19,751 bases of DNA from Candidatus Iainarchaeum sp. (GCA_038886995.1 JAWALG010000020.1:1-19751); one strand, 5' to 3'. Counted from the first letter of the stretch, positions 7,018 through 15,972 are shown. The notes: generated by a model not told the origin, from the sequence alone. Numbers and translations are program-made.

Positions 7018-7797
7018 CTATTGAACCTTTTCTAATGCGCTGGCGACATGCTTTTCAAAGATAATTCTGCTTGCCTCCTTTTCTGCGTTAAGGCCAGCAT
7101 ATTTCATTAGTGCAATGCCAAACCTTATGTCTCCCTTTTCAGCAGTTTTTCTTTCAAGCAGTTCAATGGCGCCCCTATGCCAAGTGCCTTCATAAAAGGC
7201 ATATTTTCTGCGCTCGGCAAGTATTGCAGAAATTTCGCTTTCTGTGTACTGCCTAAATTCGATATGCTGTGGCATTATCCTGGATCTTATCCTCTCATCA
7301 ACTGAAGCAAAGAAATCTTTTTTATTTGAGATGAGGACTATGCCTTTAATTTTTATCTCTTCTGCAAAAGCATAAAGAAAGCCCAAATCAGTTGCCCTGT
7401 CAATTTCATCAAATACAAAGATGCTAGGAGCGCTTAGCCGCGATTTTATTTTATACAGGTCATTCTCGTTTGGGAGGCCAACTTGCCTTGCAATTTCCCT
7501 AATTACCAATTCTGAGTTTTGCATTGTCCAGCAGTTTACCACAAAAGACCTTATGTTGAGCTCAGCAAAGTCATCGAGCACCCTTAGCACAGCATGTGTT
7601 TTTCCAATTCCGCTTTTTCCATATATGAAGAGGTTTCTGGCAGATATGCCAGAAAGCAGCGGTTCTAGGGCATTAGCAATCGCCTTTTGTTCATTTTCCC
7701 TGAAGGGTATGATTCTAGGCACGAAGTCAGGTTCCAAGGAATCAATATTTGAAAAAAGTGTTTCTTCGCTGCCCAATGGGCTAATTTTATATGCCAT
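7018..7797 (-). CDS. cdc6: Cdc6/Orc1-family AAA+ ATPase, short form without the C-terminal winged helix
   Basis: LEPDFVPRIIPFRENE N-terminal motif, Walker A GKSGIGKT, VNC, Walker B FVFDEID, ISN sensor 1, DERIRSR arginine finger, FRQY and GDIRFGI sensor 2; 259 aa. Confidence 0.88.
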   Translation of the reverse strand: MAYKISPLGSEETLFSNIDSLEPDFVPRIIPFRENEQKAIANALEPLLSGISARNLFIYGKSGIGKTHAVLRVLDDFAELNIRSFVVNCWTMQNSELVIREIARQVGLPNENDLYKIKSRLSAPSIFVFDEIDRATDLGFLYAFAEEIKIKGIVLISNKKDFFASVDERIRSRIMPQHIEFRQYTESEISAILAERRKYAFYEGTWHRGAIELLERKTAEKGDIRFGIALMKYAGLNAEKEASRIIFEKHVASALEKVQ

Positions 7798-7804
7798 TTT
7801 TTTC

Positions 7805-8428
7805 TCACTGGTTTTTGTTTAGGATGCAAGTGCGCCCAGAATATAGTTCTTTGAATGTTTGTGCCTCTTTAGGCGTTCCAACTATTGCACCATAGTGCAT
7901 AGGAATTGCTATTTTCGGCTTTATTATTTCTGCGGCTTCAGCAGCCTCTTCAGGGTTCATAGTATATTTCCCGCCAACAGGCAATAGTGCTACGTCAATC
8001 TTTGAGATATCATGCATTTCAGGTATGAGGTCAGTATCTCCAGCATGGTATATACGAGTACCAACAATATTTATTATGAAGCCGATCCCACTGCCTTTTG
8101 GATGAAACTGCTTTCCAATGTTGTATGCTGGGACCGCCTTAATGCCAACACCAAAAATATTTTTTTCTTGGTTTGGCTCGATTATGACCGCGTTAGTTTT
8201 CAGCTTCATTGCTGTTGACTTATTGCATACAACTTGGGTTTTTTCCTTTATTATTTTTTGGATATCTTTTTCAGAGCAATGGTCATAATGCTCATGAGTT
8301 ATCAGTATTATGTCTGCCTTTTCGTTTTCGCTTATCTCGAAAGGGTCTATGTAAAGCACCAGCCCTTCTGCTTTTATTTTGAATGCTGCATGACCAAGCC
8401 AGACCAATTCAATTCCATTGATTTCCAT
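7805..8428 (-). CDS. Metallo-beta-lactamase-fold hydrolase (UPF0173/UlaG-like)
   Basis: WLGHAAF, IDPF, ITHEHYDH, YHAGDT, ALLPVGG.YTM, IPMHYG. Confidence 0.92.
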   Translation of the reverse strand: MEINGIELVWLGHAAFKIKAEGLVLYIDPFEISENEKADIILITHEHYDHCSEKDIQKIIKEKTQVVCNKSTAMKLKTNAVIIEPNQEKNIFGVGIKAVPAYNIGKQFHPKGSGIGFIINIVGTRIYHAGDTDLIPEMHDISKIDVALLPVGGKYTMNPEEAAEAAEIIKPKIAIPMHYGAIVGTPKEAQTFKELYSGRTCILNKNQ

Positions 8429-8444
8429 AAAACCACAAAAAAAT

Positions 8445-8486
8445 AAGCAATTTAAATATTAAAAGCTTTTCTTCCATTTATAATTC
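8445..8486. promoter_or_regulatory. Divergent promoter region between the MBL-cdc6 unit and mgtC
   Basis: Minus strand GAAAAGC-TTTTAATA (TATA-like 8464-8457) lies about 30 nt upstream of ATG 8428. The plus strand has TTTAAATA and TTTATAAT upstream of 8509. Confidence 0.45.
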
Positions 8487-8508
8487 AAGCACTTAACAAA
8501 AAGGTGTC

Positions 8509-8967
8509 ATGTTGATAGGTCCTGAATTTGGGGGAATAGTCAGGCTAATACTTGCAACAATTTTTGGTATGGCCATAGGTCTTGAGAGGGAAAGTAAACG
8601 TAAGCCGGCTGGCATAAGAACATGTGCTCTCGTATGCCTGGGTTCATGCCTTTTTACGATAGTTTCAGGGGGCTTTTCAGGTACTGCAGATCCATCAAGG
8701 GTTGCAGCCGGCATAGTTACCGGCATCGGTTTTCTTGGTGGTGGAGCAATATTTAGGTCAAAGACAAGGAGCTCAGGTATGACAACTGCCTCGAGTGTCT
8801 GGGTTGTCGCAGCAATTGGCATTGCCACAGGAATCGGCGAGTATGTGCTTGCTTTTGGTGCGACACTAATTGCTCTTTTGCTTTTATATTTTGGCGCTTT
8901 CCTTAAATTTGCAAGGGACTATTCAAGCAGGCGAAGAGCAGCTAGAGAAGCAAATGCCAACAAATAG
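8509..8967 (+). CDS. MgtC/SapB family membrane protein
   Basis: RLILA..G.AIGLERE..KPAGIRT..LV.LGS.LF, DPSRVAAGIVTGIGFLGGGAI, GMTTASSVW..AAIG. Membrane domain only. RBS AAGGTG; the start could also be TTG 8512. Confidence 0.93.
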   Translation: MLIGPEFGGIVRLILATIFGMAIGLERESKRKPAGIRTCALVCLGSCLFTIVSGGFSGTADPSRVAAGIVTGIGFLGGGAIFRSKTRSSGMTTASSVWVVAAIGIATGIGEYVLAFGATLIALLLLYFGAFLKFARDYSSRRRAAREANANK

Positions 8968-8999
8968 GTGCATTTTTTAACTACGTTTTTAATATTCCC

Positions 9000-10103
9000 T
9001 TACTTTTTAATTTCCAGGATATCTTCACTGTGCTCTGCAAATGATATTTTCTCGACTTTACTTCCACTCATCAAGTAATCGTCTTCTATACGTATGCCAC
9101 CAAATGTACCATACGCGGCTGGCTCAAGAGTGAAACACATTCGTGGCTTAAAATTAAATTTGCTGTCACCACTTATTCTCCCAGGAAAATCATGCGCTTC
9201 AATGCCTAAGCCATGGCCAAGGGCATGTATTAGCTTTAGGCCTTTGCTTTTCATATGTGAATCTACTTCTTTAAAAGTGCTTGCAGCATCTTTGCCTTCT
9301 ATTATTGCATTTTCAGCAATTCTTTTTGCCTCAACAACATTACCATAGACCTTTTTTTCCTTTTCAGTTGCTTTTCCTACATAGAAAGTTCTTGTTATAT
9401 CTGAGCAGTAGTTTTTGTACCGAGCCCCAATATCCACTATGAGAAACCCATGCTCTATTTTTTTGCCTGTTGGTATGTGGTGCGGCGTAGCTGAATTTTT
9501 TCCTGAGGCCACAATGGTTTGGAATGCTGGCTCACAGCCCAGAGCCCTTATTTCTTCGTCTATTTTTTCAGCAAGGCCTTTTTCAGAAATACCTTTTTTT
9601 ATAAGGTCTGGCACCTTGTCCATCACTTGGCTTATTATTTTAGATGCCATCCTTAAGCGCTTTTCTTCATCATGGTCTTTTATCTCGCGCATTTTTTCTA
9701 TTTGCTTCCTTATATCACACAACTTTGCGCCTGTTTCTTTTCTTATTTTTTTTGCAAGTGCAACGCTTACCTCTGCATAGTTTATCCCAACTCTCTTCTT
9801 TGCAATAAATTTCTTGAGGATTTTCCAATAACCATCTTTCCTTGTGTTTATGAAGCTAAGTCCAGTCCTTAATGCAAAGCTCCTCAATAGTGAGTCCTGC
9901 AACGCATTGCCTAGCAAAAAAGACCCTACATTTCGTTTTATTATAAGGGAGTTGTATGTGAAGCTGCCGAGAGGCAAGTCAGTAAAATAGTAGAAAGAAG
10001 TTTCGTTTGAAAAATTTGGAAAGTATGCAATGTCAACATCTATTTTACTCAAAAGCTCTAAATGCCTTCTCCTAATTATCCTCTTTGTTCCATACATTTG
10101 CAT
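9000..10103 (-). CDS. Xaa-Pro aminopeptidase / prolidase (peptidase M24B)
   Basis: REIKD..E, FQTIVASG..SATPHH, DIGARYKNYCSDITRT, HALGHGLGIEAHD, TLEP, GIRIEDD; metal ligands appear complete. Confidence 0.93.
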   Translation of the reverse strand: MQMYGTKRIIRRRHLELLSKIDVDIAYFPNFSNETSFYYFTDLPLGSFTYNSLIIKRNVGSFLLGNALQDSLLRSFALRTGLSFINTRKDGYWKILKKFIAKKRVGINYAEVSVALAKKIRKETGAKLCDIRKQIEKMREIKDHDEEKRLRMASKIISQVMDKVPDLIKKGISEKGLAEKIDEEIRALGCEPAFQTIVASGKNSATPHHIPTGKKIEHGFLIVDIGARYKNYCSDITRTFYVGKATEKEKKVYGNVVEAKRIAENAIIEGKDAASTFKEVDSHMKSKGLKLIHALGHGLGIEAHDFPGRISGDSKFNFKPRMCFTLEPAAYGTFGGIRIEDDYLMSGSKVEKISFAEHSEDILEIKK

Positions 10104-10113
10104 CAGAATGCAC

Positions 10114-11880
10114 TCATATTACAAAAGAACCGTCTTTAATTATGTATATTTCCCTATTTTTACCAATTGCCTTTATGCTAATCTTTTGCCTTGGGACATC
10201 AATTACAAAGTCCCAATGGTAAACAGTTTGTGTGCCCGGTTCAAAGCCGGATCCAAGTGCAACATGTATCATGTTTGCGAGCTTTTCATTTACTATTAGA
10301 TATCTTGAAAGCTTTGCAGCAGGGTTTGTATTTATGGCGAATTCACCTATGCCAAAGAAGTTTTTCTTGTATGATTTAATTATTTTGCTTGGAAGTGAGC
10401 CACTCCTTTCATACATTTTTATGAGTTTTTTTGAATCAGCAAGCTCTTTTTGGATCCTTTTTTTAACCTCTTTTGGAGCCCTAACCAGGGCCCATCTCTT
10501 TCCAGAAAATTTTACAACTAGCGGATCCTTGCTGTTCAAAACATAGCTTCTATCAATGTTGATTACAACGTCACCAACTGCTTCTCCAAAAATTCTTTTT
10601 GGTGTGAAAAAAACTTCGCCACCAGGTATGTTGTCAAACATTCCCCCTAAGACACCACTTTTCCTAAATGCTTCTTTGTCTATCTTACTTCGGGTGTCTG
10701 AGTCACTTCTCTGCACTTCGCATCTTTTTCTCCCTTGTTTTAGTTCCACAGCCAAGTTTGTCTTTTCTCCCCCTGGACAGCTTTCAACAATAAGCTTATC
10801 GCTGCTTTCTATAATCTTCTTTATCTTTATGTTTCTCAGCCGCATCTTTTTGTAATCAATATCGCATGTCTGAATGAACTCTTCTATTGGTATTGTTTCA
10901 GTTATTTGGTGCCTTGTCTTTGGCGATCTTTTGTCAATCTTGCTTTGGTCATGCCAAACAGGTTTTAAAAACATCTGGCCAGGCGAAGACCACCTTGTCT
11001 TCTTGTCAGGTGATGGGTACCCAATAGCCAGGCCAAATATATGCCTGCCATGATAGCCGCTGCCTACTATAGAAAATGATGCATCATTGTATTGCCATTT
11101 TTTTATACCAACAATGTCAGACAACTTTTTGAATACCCTAAATGGTTTTTCCTTTATGCTTTTTTCATACTCACATGCTCCGATAGTCGCAAAAAGGTCT
11201 GAAACCGGCTCAGGCATATCAAGCTTGGATTTGCGCTCAGTGCTTGCAGAAAGCACAACCCTTTTGCATTTCGGAGCTGCTGTTCTTGCCATATGATATG
11301 CAATTGCAAAGCTGTCAAGGTGATCTTCTAATGGCAGCTTAATGTTTCTCTTTGCTGGCACAAGTACAAAACCTATTGAAAAGCTTTCTTTGCTTTTAAG
11401 CGCATAGCATTCTGTGATTATCTTTTTGCATGTTTCATCCATTTTCCTCTCATTGTAACTTCTAAACCACTTACCATCGTAAGGAAGCATTTTGCTGTTG
11501 TTTACCAAAAAACCTTTTTCCTTGATTTCAATAATTAGTGTTGGCCTAATGAAATTCCTACTAAAACCATGTCCATTTTTCTTTTTTTCGACAAGTGCAA
11601 CGAACTCATGCAATGTTTTGCCTTCTTTGGACTCCTTCCGTTCATATCCGTTCCAAATTCTCTTTATTATCTCTGAATTTTCGTCGCTGCCTTTATAACT
11701 TATCCTAACATGCAGGTCTAGCCCAAGGTCATGTATTGCCTTGCTAAGTGGCGCAATTGAAAAAAAAGAATCCTTTGTTATGTTTCTGCCATAAACAAAA
11801 GCATTTCCCTTAGTGCCTTTTAGTGCCTTTTTATATTTTTTAACTACGCTGTCAAATAGCGCTATTCTGTGCCTTTCCAT
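10114..11880 (-). CDS. Peptidase M29-like (aminopeptidase T/AmpS superfamily) metallopeptidase, unusually long
   Basis: C-terminal catalytic motifs NIPGGEVFFTP, IGEFAINTNP, NEKLANMIHVALG and HWDFV; the long basic N-terminal region is not recognised. Confidence 0.78.
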   Translation of the reverse strand: MERHRIALFDSVVKKYKKALKGTKGNAFVYGRNITKDSFFSIAPLSKAIHDLGLDLHVRISYKGSDENSEIIKRIWNGYERKESKEGKTLHEFVALVEKKKNGHGFSRNFIRPTLIIEIKEKGFLVNNSKMLPYDGKWFRSYNERKMDETCKKIITECYALKSKESFSIGFVLVPAKRNIKLPLEDHLDSFAIAYHMARTAAPKCKRVVLSASTERKSKLDMPEPVSDLFATIGACEYEKSIKEKPFRVFKKLSDIVGIKKWQYNDASFSIVGSGYHGRHIFGLAIGYPSPDKKTRWSSPGQMFLKPVWHDQSKIDKRSPKTRHQITETIPIEEFIQTCDIDYKKMRLRNIKIKKIIESSDKLIVESCPGGEKTNLAVELKQGRKRCEVQRSDSDTRSKIDKEAFRKSGVLGGMFDNIPGGEVFFTPKRIFGEAVGDVVINIDRSYVLNSKDPLVVKFSGKRWALVRAPKEVKKRIQKELADSKKLIKMYERSGSLPSKIIKSYKKNFFGIGEFAINTNPAAKLSRYLIVNEKLANMIHVALGSGFEPGTQTVYHWDFVIDVPRQKISIKAIGKNREIYIIKDGSFVI

Positions 11881-11889
11881 AGGAATCCG

Positions 11890-12054
11890 CTATTTTTTCT
11901 TTATCATTGGTAGGCCTGTGCCAACATTCTCGACAATTTCATAGCCAGCAGGCAAGTCAATTGCGCCTTCCGGCTTCCTGCTGAAGAAATAGAGCTTTCC
12001 TTTTTGGTGGAGGTAGTATGTAACCCCCTTGGAATTCTTATAAGAACAAACCAT
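11890..12054 (-). CDS. Small basic protein of unknown function (54 aa)
   Basis: ATG 12054 has a strong RBS (GAGGTG, 5-nt spacer); the stop lies 9 nt before the next start. Sequence MVCSYKNSKGVTYYLHQKGKLYFFSRKPEGAIDLPAGYEIVENVGTGLPMIKKK. Confidence 0.8.
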   Translation of the reverse strand: MVCSYKNSKGVTYYLHQKGKLYFFSRKPEGAIDLPAGYEIVENVGTGLPMIKKK

Positions 12055-12095
12055 AAAAGCACCTCTGAAGAGTAAATGCAATATTCATTAATGTA

Positions 12096-12746
12096 CTAAC
12101 CTTTATTTAACTCTTTTGTGACCTCTTTTTCTTTGCCTGCAGACACCAGAAGAATTATTTTTTCATTTGGCTCAATCTTCTTCTCCTTTGAAAAGTCATA
12201 AACACCGTTGTAGTATGTTGCTATTGCTGCAAAGTGTTCGCCATGTGTTTCGCCTAACTTTTTACCAACAATTTTGGTGTCCTTCACTGGTAGCTCTATT
12301 ATGTCAAATTCTCCGACGCCTGGCGTCACTAAGTCAGCAACAGCAGGCCTAGTTGTCATTAACTCAGCATAGCGTGCAGCAAAAACATCTGGGTTTATTG
12401 GCGTAAATCCGAGCTTTCTGAGCAATGGCTCTGCTTCTGTTTTTTCAACCCTTATAAATATGTTCTTTGCACCTGCGTTCTTCGCATAGAGGGCTGAAAG
12501 CACATTTGCTTTTTCACTTTCTGTTGCAGCAACAAAATAGTCGCAGTTCTGGAGGTCTAATTCATCAAGTGTTGCGGTGTCAGTGGCATCGCCATTTACA
12601 ATGATAGCATTTATCTCAGAGCCAACACTTATTGCCTTTTCTCTGTCCCTTATAATCAATAAAACCTTGCTGTCCCCTTTTTTTATTGAAAGCTTTGCCA
12701 ATTCAAGCGCGAATGTTGTGTCACCAGCAATTATAATCTTCAGCAT
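12096..12746 (-). CDS. trkA: TrkA-family potassium uptake regulatory protein (RCK_N + RCK_C)
   Basis: Rossmann-like N-terminus, IVNGDATD..TL, AATESEKANVLSALYAKNAGAKNIFIRV, INPD..AA and VGKKL; 7 nt downstream of trkH. Confidence 0.9.
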   Translation of the reverse strand: MLKIIIAGDTTFALELAKLSIKKGDSKVLLIIRDREKAISVGSEINAIIVNGDATDTATLDELDLQNCDYFVAATESEKANVLSALYAKNAGAKNIFIRVEKTEAEPLLRKLGFTPINPDVFAARYAELMTTRPAVADLVTPGVGEFDIIELPVKDTKIVGKKLGETHGEHFAAIATYYNGVYDFSKEKKIEPNEKIILLVSAGKEKEVTKELNKG

Positions 12747-12753
12747 ATTACCA

Positions 12754-14178
12754 CTATACCCTTTTTATAGAGAAGAAACTCCTAAGCAATATAAGGAAGG
12801 GTATTATCTCCATCCTTCCTAATATCATATGGAAACTAAGCAATATTTTTAAAGCAACGCTCATGTCATACCATGCCGGGCCTGAGATGACATTTAGACC
12901 TACATTTCCTTGTGCTGAAGCGACAACAAAGAGTGAGTCCCTTGCTGAATAGCCAGAAAGCATAAATATTATGCTCCCAGCCATAAAAACAGCGACATAA
13001 AGTGCAATATATGCCAAAGCATTTAGGGCATTTTCCTCTGAGAGTGTTTTATCACCAACCTTTAATGGCAGAATTGCATTTTGGGGTAATAAGCCCTTGT
13101 AAATTTCCCTCCTTATCACCTTAAAAACAATCAGTATGCGCCAGAGCTTTATCGCCCCAGCAGTTGAGCCATAGCATGCTCCTGAAATCATCAATAGAAT
13201 TATTATAAATACTGCAAATGTATGAAGTTCATTTACGCTTTTCTGTGCTGTTGCTCCAGTGCCTGTAAGGGCAGAAACAGAATAGAAGAAATGATCAAAA
13301 AATATTCCTGTTGACAAAGATGCTATGAATATGACTATTGTGGAAATAAGCAGAATTCCAAATAGCAACCTTATTTCCGGATTTGAGAGAAAGCCCTTTA
13401 TGTTGCCTTTTAGAAGCTCGCGGTGAGAGACAAAGCTTATGCCACCCGCAAGCATAATCAGTATTGTTGAAAAAAGCGCCCAGAAACCATAATAGCCAAT
13501 TCCTTGGCTTCTTGTGGAGAAACCACCAGTTGCTATTGTAGTAAAAGAATGCACACTTGCTTCGAATAAGTTCATGCCCGAAACCATGAAAAGAAAAATG
13601 CCAAGCAATGTGTAAAGGGAATATATGCCGACAATTATTCTCGCAATCTGTGACACATTTAGGTAAAAGTTTTCAGGCCTTCCCTCTGCTTTGAAAAGTT
13701 CGTGTGCTGTCTTTGGCTTTTCATACAGTATTAAAGCCATGACAACTATACCAAAGCCGCCAAGCCATTGGATGTAGCCACGCCAAAAGTTAAGCGCATA
13801 CGGTAGTTTCTCAGGATATTCAATCATTGTCAGGCCTGTTGTGCTCCAGCCAGAAATGCTTTCAAAGTATGCATCTACAAGCTTCATTTCCCAGAATGTA
13901 AATGGTATGGCACTTATCAGCCCAACAATGAACCATCCGAGTGCAATGGCAATTATTGCATGTTTGGTCCTTACTTCTTTCTTTCTAAGTAAATAATGAA
14001 CTAGTGAAAAAGCTGAAATCAGGACAGCAGACATATATATGAAAATTTCCGCATATAAAATCTCGCCGTAAATCAGGGCTACTAATGCCGGTACTATAAC
14101 TGCAATCCCCAAAAACCTGAGGAAACTGGCTATTATTTTGAGTATGCTAAAAAGGTCGTTGATGCTAAGCTCCGGCAA
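12754..14178 (-). CDS. trkH: TrkH-family potassium uptake channel
   Basis: Four pore loops FESISGWSTTGLT, TIATGGFS, SALTGTGA and SAQGNVGL; also WRG..QWLGGFGIVV, GSTAGAIK..R and MILGRMEI. TTG start with G-rich RBS. Confidence 0.95.
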   Translation of the reverse strand: MPELSINDLFSILKIIASFLRFLGIAVIVPALVALIYGEILYAEIFIYMSAVLISAFSLVHYLLRKKEVRTKHAIIAIALGWFIVGLISAIPFTFWEMKLVDAYFESISGWSTTGLTMIEYPEKLPYALNFWRGYIQWLGGFGIVVMALILYEKPKTAHELFKAEGRPENFYLNVSQIARIIVGIYSLYTLLGIFLFMVSGMNLFEASVHSFTTIATGGFSTRSQGIGYYGFWALFSTILIMLAGGISFVSHRELLKGNIKGFLSNPEIRLLFGILLISTIVIFIASLSTGIFFDHFFYSVSALTGTGATAQKSVNELHTFAVFIIILLMISGACYGSTAGAIKLWRILIVFKVIRREIYKGLLPQNAILPLKVGDKTLSEENALNALAYIALYVAVFMAGSIIFMLSGYSARDSLFVVASAQGNVGLNVISGPAWYDMSVALKILLSFHMILGRMEIIPFLILLRSFFSIKRV

Positions 14179-14211
14179 CTTTGAACCCCCAATAATATCT
14201 AAATTTATTGT

Positions 14212-14265
14212 TTACTTATTTTAAATTTACATGTAACTCAAAAATAACAGAATCGTTTATAACCC
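14212..14265. promoter_or_regulatory. Divergent promoter region for trkH and the DHH gene
   Basis: Plus strand CAGAATCG-TTTATAAC (TATA-like 14256-14263) about 30 nt upstream of ATG 14291; minus strand TTTAAAAT at 14225-14218 upstream of trkH. Confidence 0.45.
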
Positions 14266-14290
14266 CTTTTAAGCAGATAAGGGCTTTTTT

Positions 14291-15340
14291 ATGCCAGAAA
14301 AGCAAATAAAGAGCTTTAAAAAGTTCTTAAACTCTTCTCAAAGCTTTAATATATTTTATCATGGAGATGCTGATGGCTTTTGTTCAGCAGTTGTTTTTTC
14401 AAAAGCAGTAGAGAAACTTGGAAAAAATATTGCTTCGGCAACAGCCGTTGAAAGCCCTGATTTATTGCCAAAAGTTTGCCAAAACAAATCTTTTGGGAAT
14501 GCCGTTTTTCTTGATCTTGCTGCAGATTCTGATAAAAGTTTTTTGGCAAAGCTTTCAAAGAAATCCAGAGTTTTGGTAATAGATCACCATAAACTTTACT
14601 GCGACTTTAACTCTGATAGGGCCTTGGTGATTAAACCACAGATGCTAAGCGCTATTGAACCAAGCAGTTATCCCGCAAGCAAACTTTGCTTTGACCTTTG
14701 CTCTACCTTGGTAAGTGTTGATGAAGTTTCTTGGGTTGCAAGTGTTGGAATTATAGGTGACTTTGCGTACAATAAGTGGGCTGCTTTTGTGAACGAATCC
14801 GCAAAGAAAGCTTCAGTTTCAGTTGATGACTTAAAAGTAATTGCTGACATAATAAGCTCAGTGCAAGCTGTTTCTCCAGAAGCTTTTCCAGAGCTTTTAG
14901 AGCTTTTCTTAGCAGCAGGGCCAAAAGCAATAATGCAAAGCAATTTTAACTCACTACGTAAAGAGGTTTTCGATGAACTTGAATTTTGGAAGAAAGAGTT
15001 TTATAAAAAAGCAGAGGTCTACGAGAAAGAGGAGCTTTACTTCTTTACAATCAAGCCGAAATATCGCATAAAATCAATGTTGATTGATTCTCTTACTAAA
15101 GAATTGCCCGATAAGACAATAATAATCGCAGAGGATCTTGGTGGCGACGAAATAAGGTTTTCTGCAAGGAGACAGGACTTTAAAGTTCCAATGAATTCAT
15201 TGCTTGAGAGCGCAGTTGCTGGCATTCCAGAAGCAAGCGCTGGCGGACATATTCCAGCGGCAGCAGGCAAAATACCGAAGACAAGGTTTCAAGAGTTCAA
15301 GGAAAGGGTTCTTTCTTTTATCAGATCCAAAAAAGATTGA
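14291..15340 (+). CDS. DHH/DHHA1 family phosphoesterase (archaeal RecJ-like nuclease)
   Basis: YHGDADG, FLDL, VIDHH, GIIGD, FSARR and AGGH..AAAG motifs. Confidence 0.9.
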   Translation: MPEKQIKSFKKFLNSSQSFNIFYHGDADGFCSAVVFSKAVEKLGKNIASATAVESPDLLPKVCQNKSFGNAVFLDLAADSDKSFLAKLSKKSRVLVIDHHKLYCDFNSDRALVIKPQMLSAIEPSSYPASKLCFDLCSTLVSVDEVSWVASVGIIGDFAYNKWAAFVNESAKKASVSVDDLKVIADIISSVQAVSPEAFPELLELFLAAGPKAIMQSNFNSLRKEVFDELEFWKKEFYKKAEVYEKEELYFFTIKPKYRIKSMLIDSLTKELPDKTIIIAEDLGGDEIRFSARRQDFKVPMNSLLESAVAGIPEASAGGHIPAAAGKIPKTRFQEFKERVLSFIRSKKD

Positions 15341-15384
15341 TTTAATAACTTTTCTCAAATATTTAGGAATGTTTTGGTGCTTTT

Positions 15385-15951
15385 ATGACAGTGCTAAGCG
15401 ATAAGGATATCAAAAGAGCGATAAAAGAAAAGCGCATATTGATAAGAGGGCTTTCACTTGCAAATGTTGGACCTGCAAGTGTTGACCTTACGCTTGGGAA
15501 CCTTTTTAGAGTTTTCCGTCATAGCGAGGTAACCCATATAGACACTAACGAAGGCATAAGTGAGGCCCTAACAGAGCTTATAAGGATCCCTAAAGGAAAA
15601 CCATTCATAATACACCCAAATGAGTTCGCTCTTGCCGTAACAAAAGAATATGTGAAGTTGCCTGATGACTTGATGGCTCGCCTTGATGGAAGATCTTCAC
15701 TAGGCCGTTTGGGAATAATAGTGCATTCAACAGCTGGCAGCATAGATCCTGGCTTTGAGGGCAACATTACCTTAGAGATGACAAACATAGCTAGGGTTCC
15801 AGTGCAACTATGGCCCGGTATGAAGATATGCAGGCTTACATTCGAGACACTAACAAGCAAATGTGAGACGCCTTACAATAAGAGAAAAAGCTCAAAATAT
15901 CACAAGAACATTGGGCCAGCAATAAGCAGAATCCAGCTTGACAAAAAGTGA
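15385..15951 (+). CDS. dcd: dCTP deaminase
   Basis: LSDKDI, PASVDLTLG, F.IHP.EF.L, DGRSSLGRLG, AGSIDPGFEGNITLE, PGMKIC, PY....SKY. Confidence 0.95.
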   Translation: MTVLSDKDIKRAIKEKRILIRGLSLANVGPASVDLTLGNLFRVFRHSEVTHIDTNEGISEALTELIRIPKGKPFIIHPNEFALAVTKEYVKLPDDLMARLDGRSSLGRLGIIVHSTAGSIDPGFEGNITLEMTNIARVPVQLWPGMKICRLTFETLTSKCETPYNKRKSSKYHKNIGPAISRIQLDKK

Positions 15952-15972
15952 TCAGAAAAAAGATTTTTTAAC

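Noticed and set aside
7018..8508. Replication origin next to cdc6
   Set aside because: cdc6 is flanked by 0- and 7-nt gaps; the nearest intergenic region is 80 nt and shows no repeated ORB-like or G-string elements.
8509..8967. MgtC lacking a C-terminal ACT-like domain as a truncation
   Set aside because: Membrane-domain-only MgtC/SapB proteins of about 150 aa are a common form; motifs are intact.
14264..14283. Small inverted repeat CCCTT..AAGGG upstream of the DHH gene
   Set aside because: Only 5 bp with a 10-nt loop; expected by chance.
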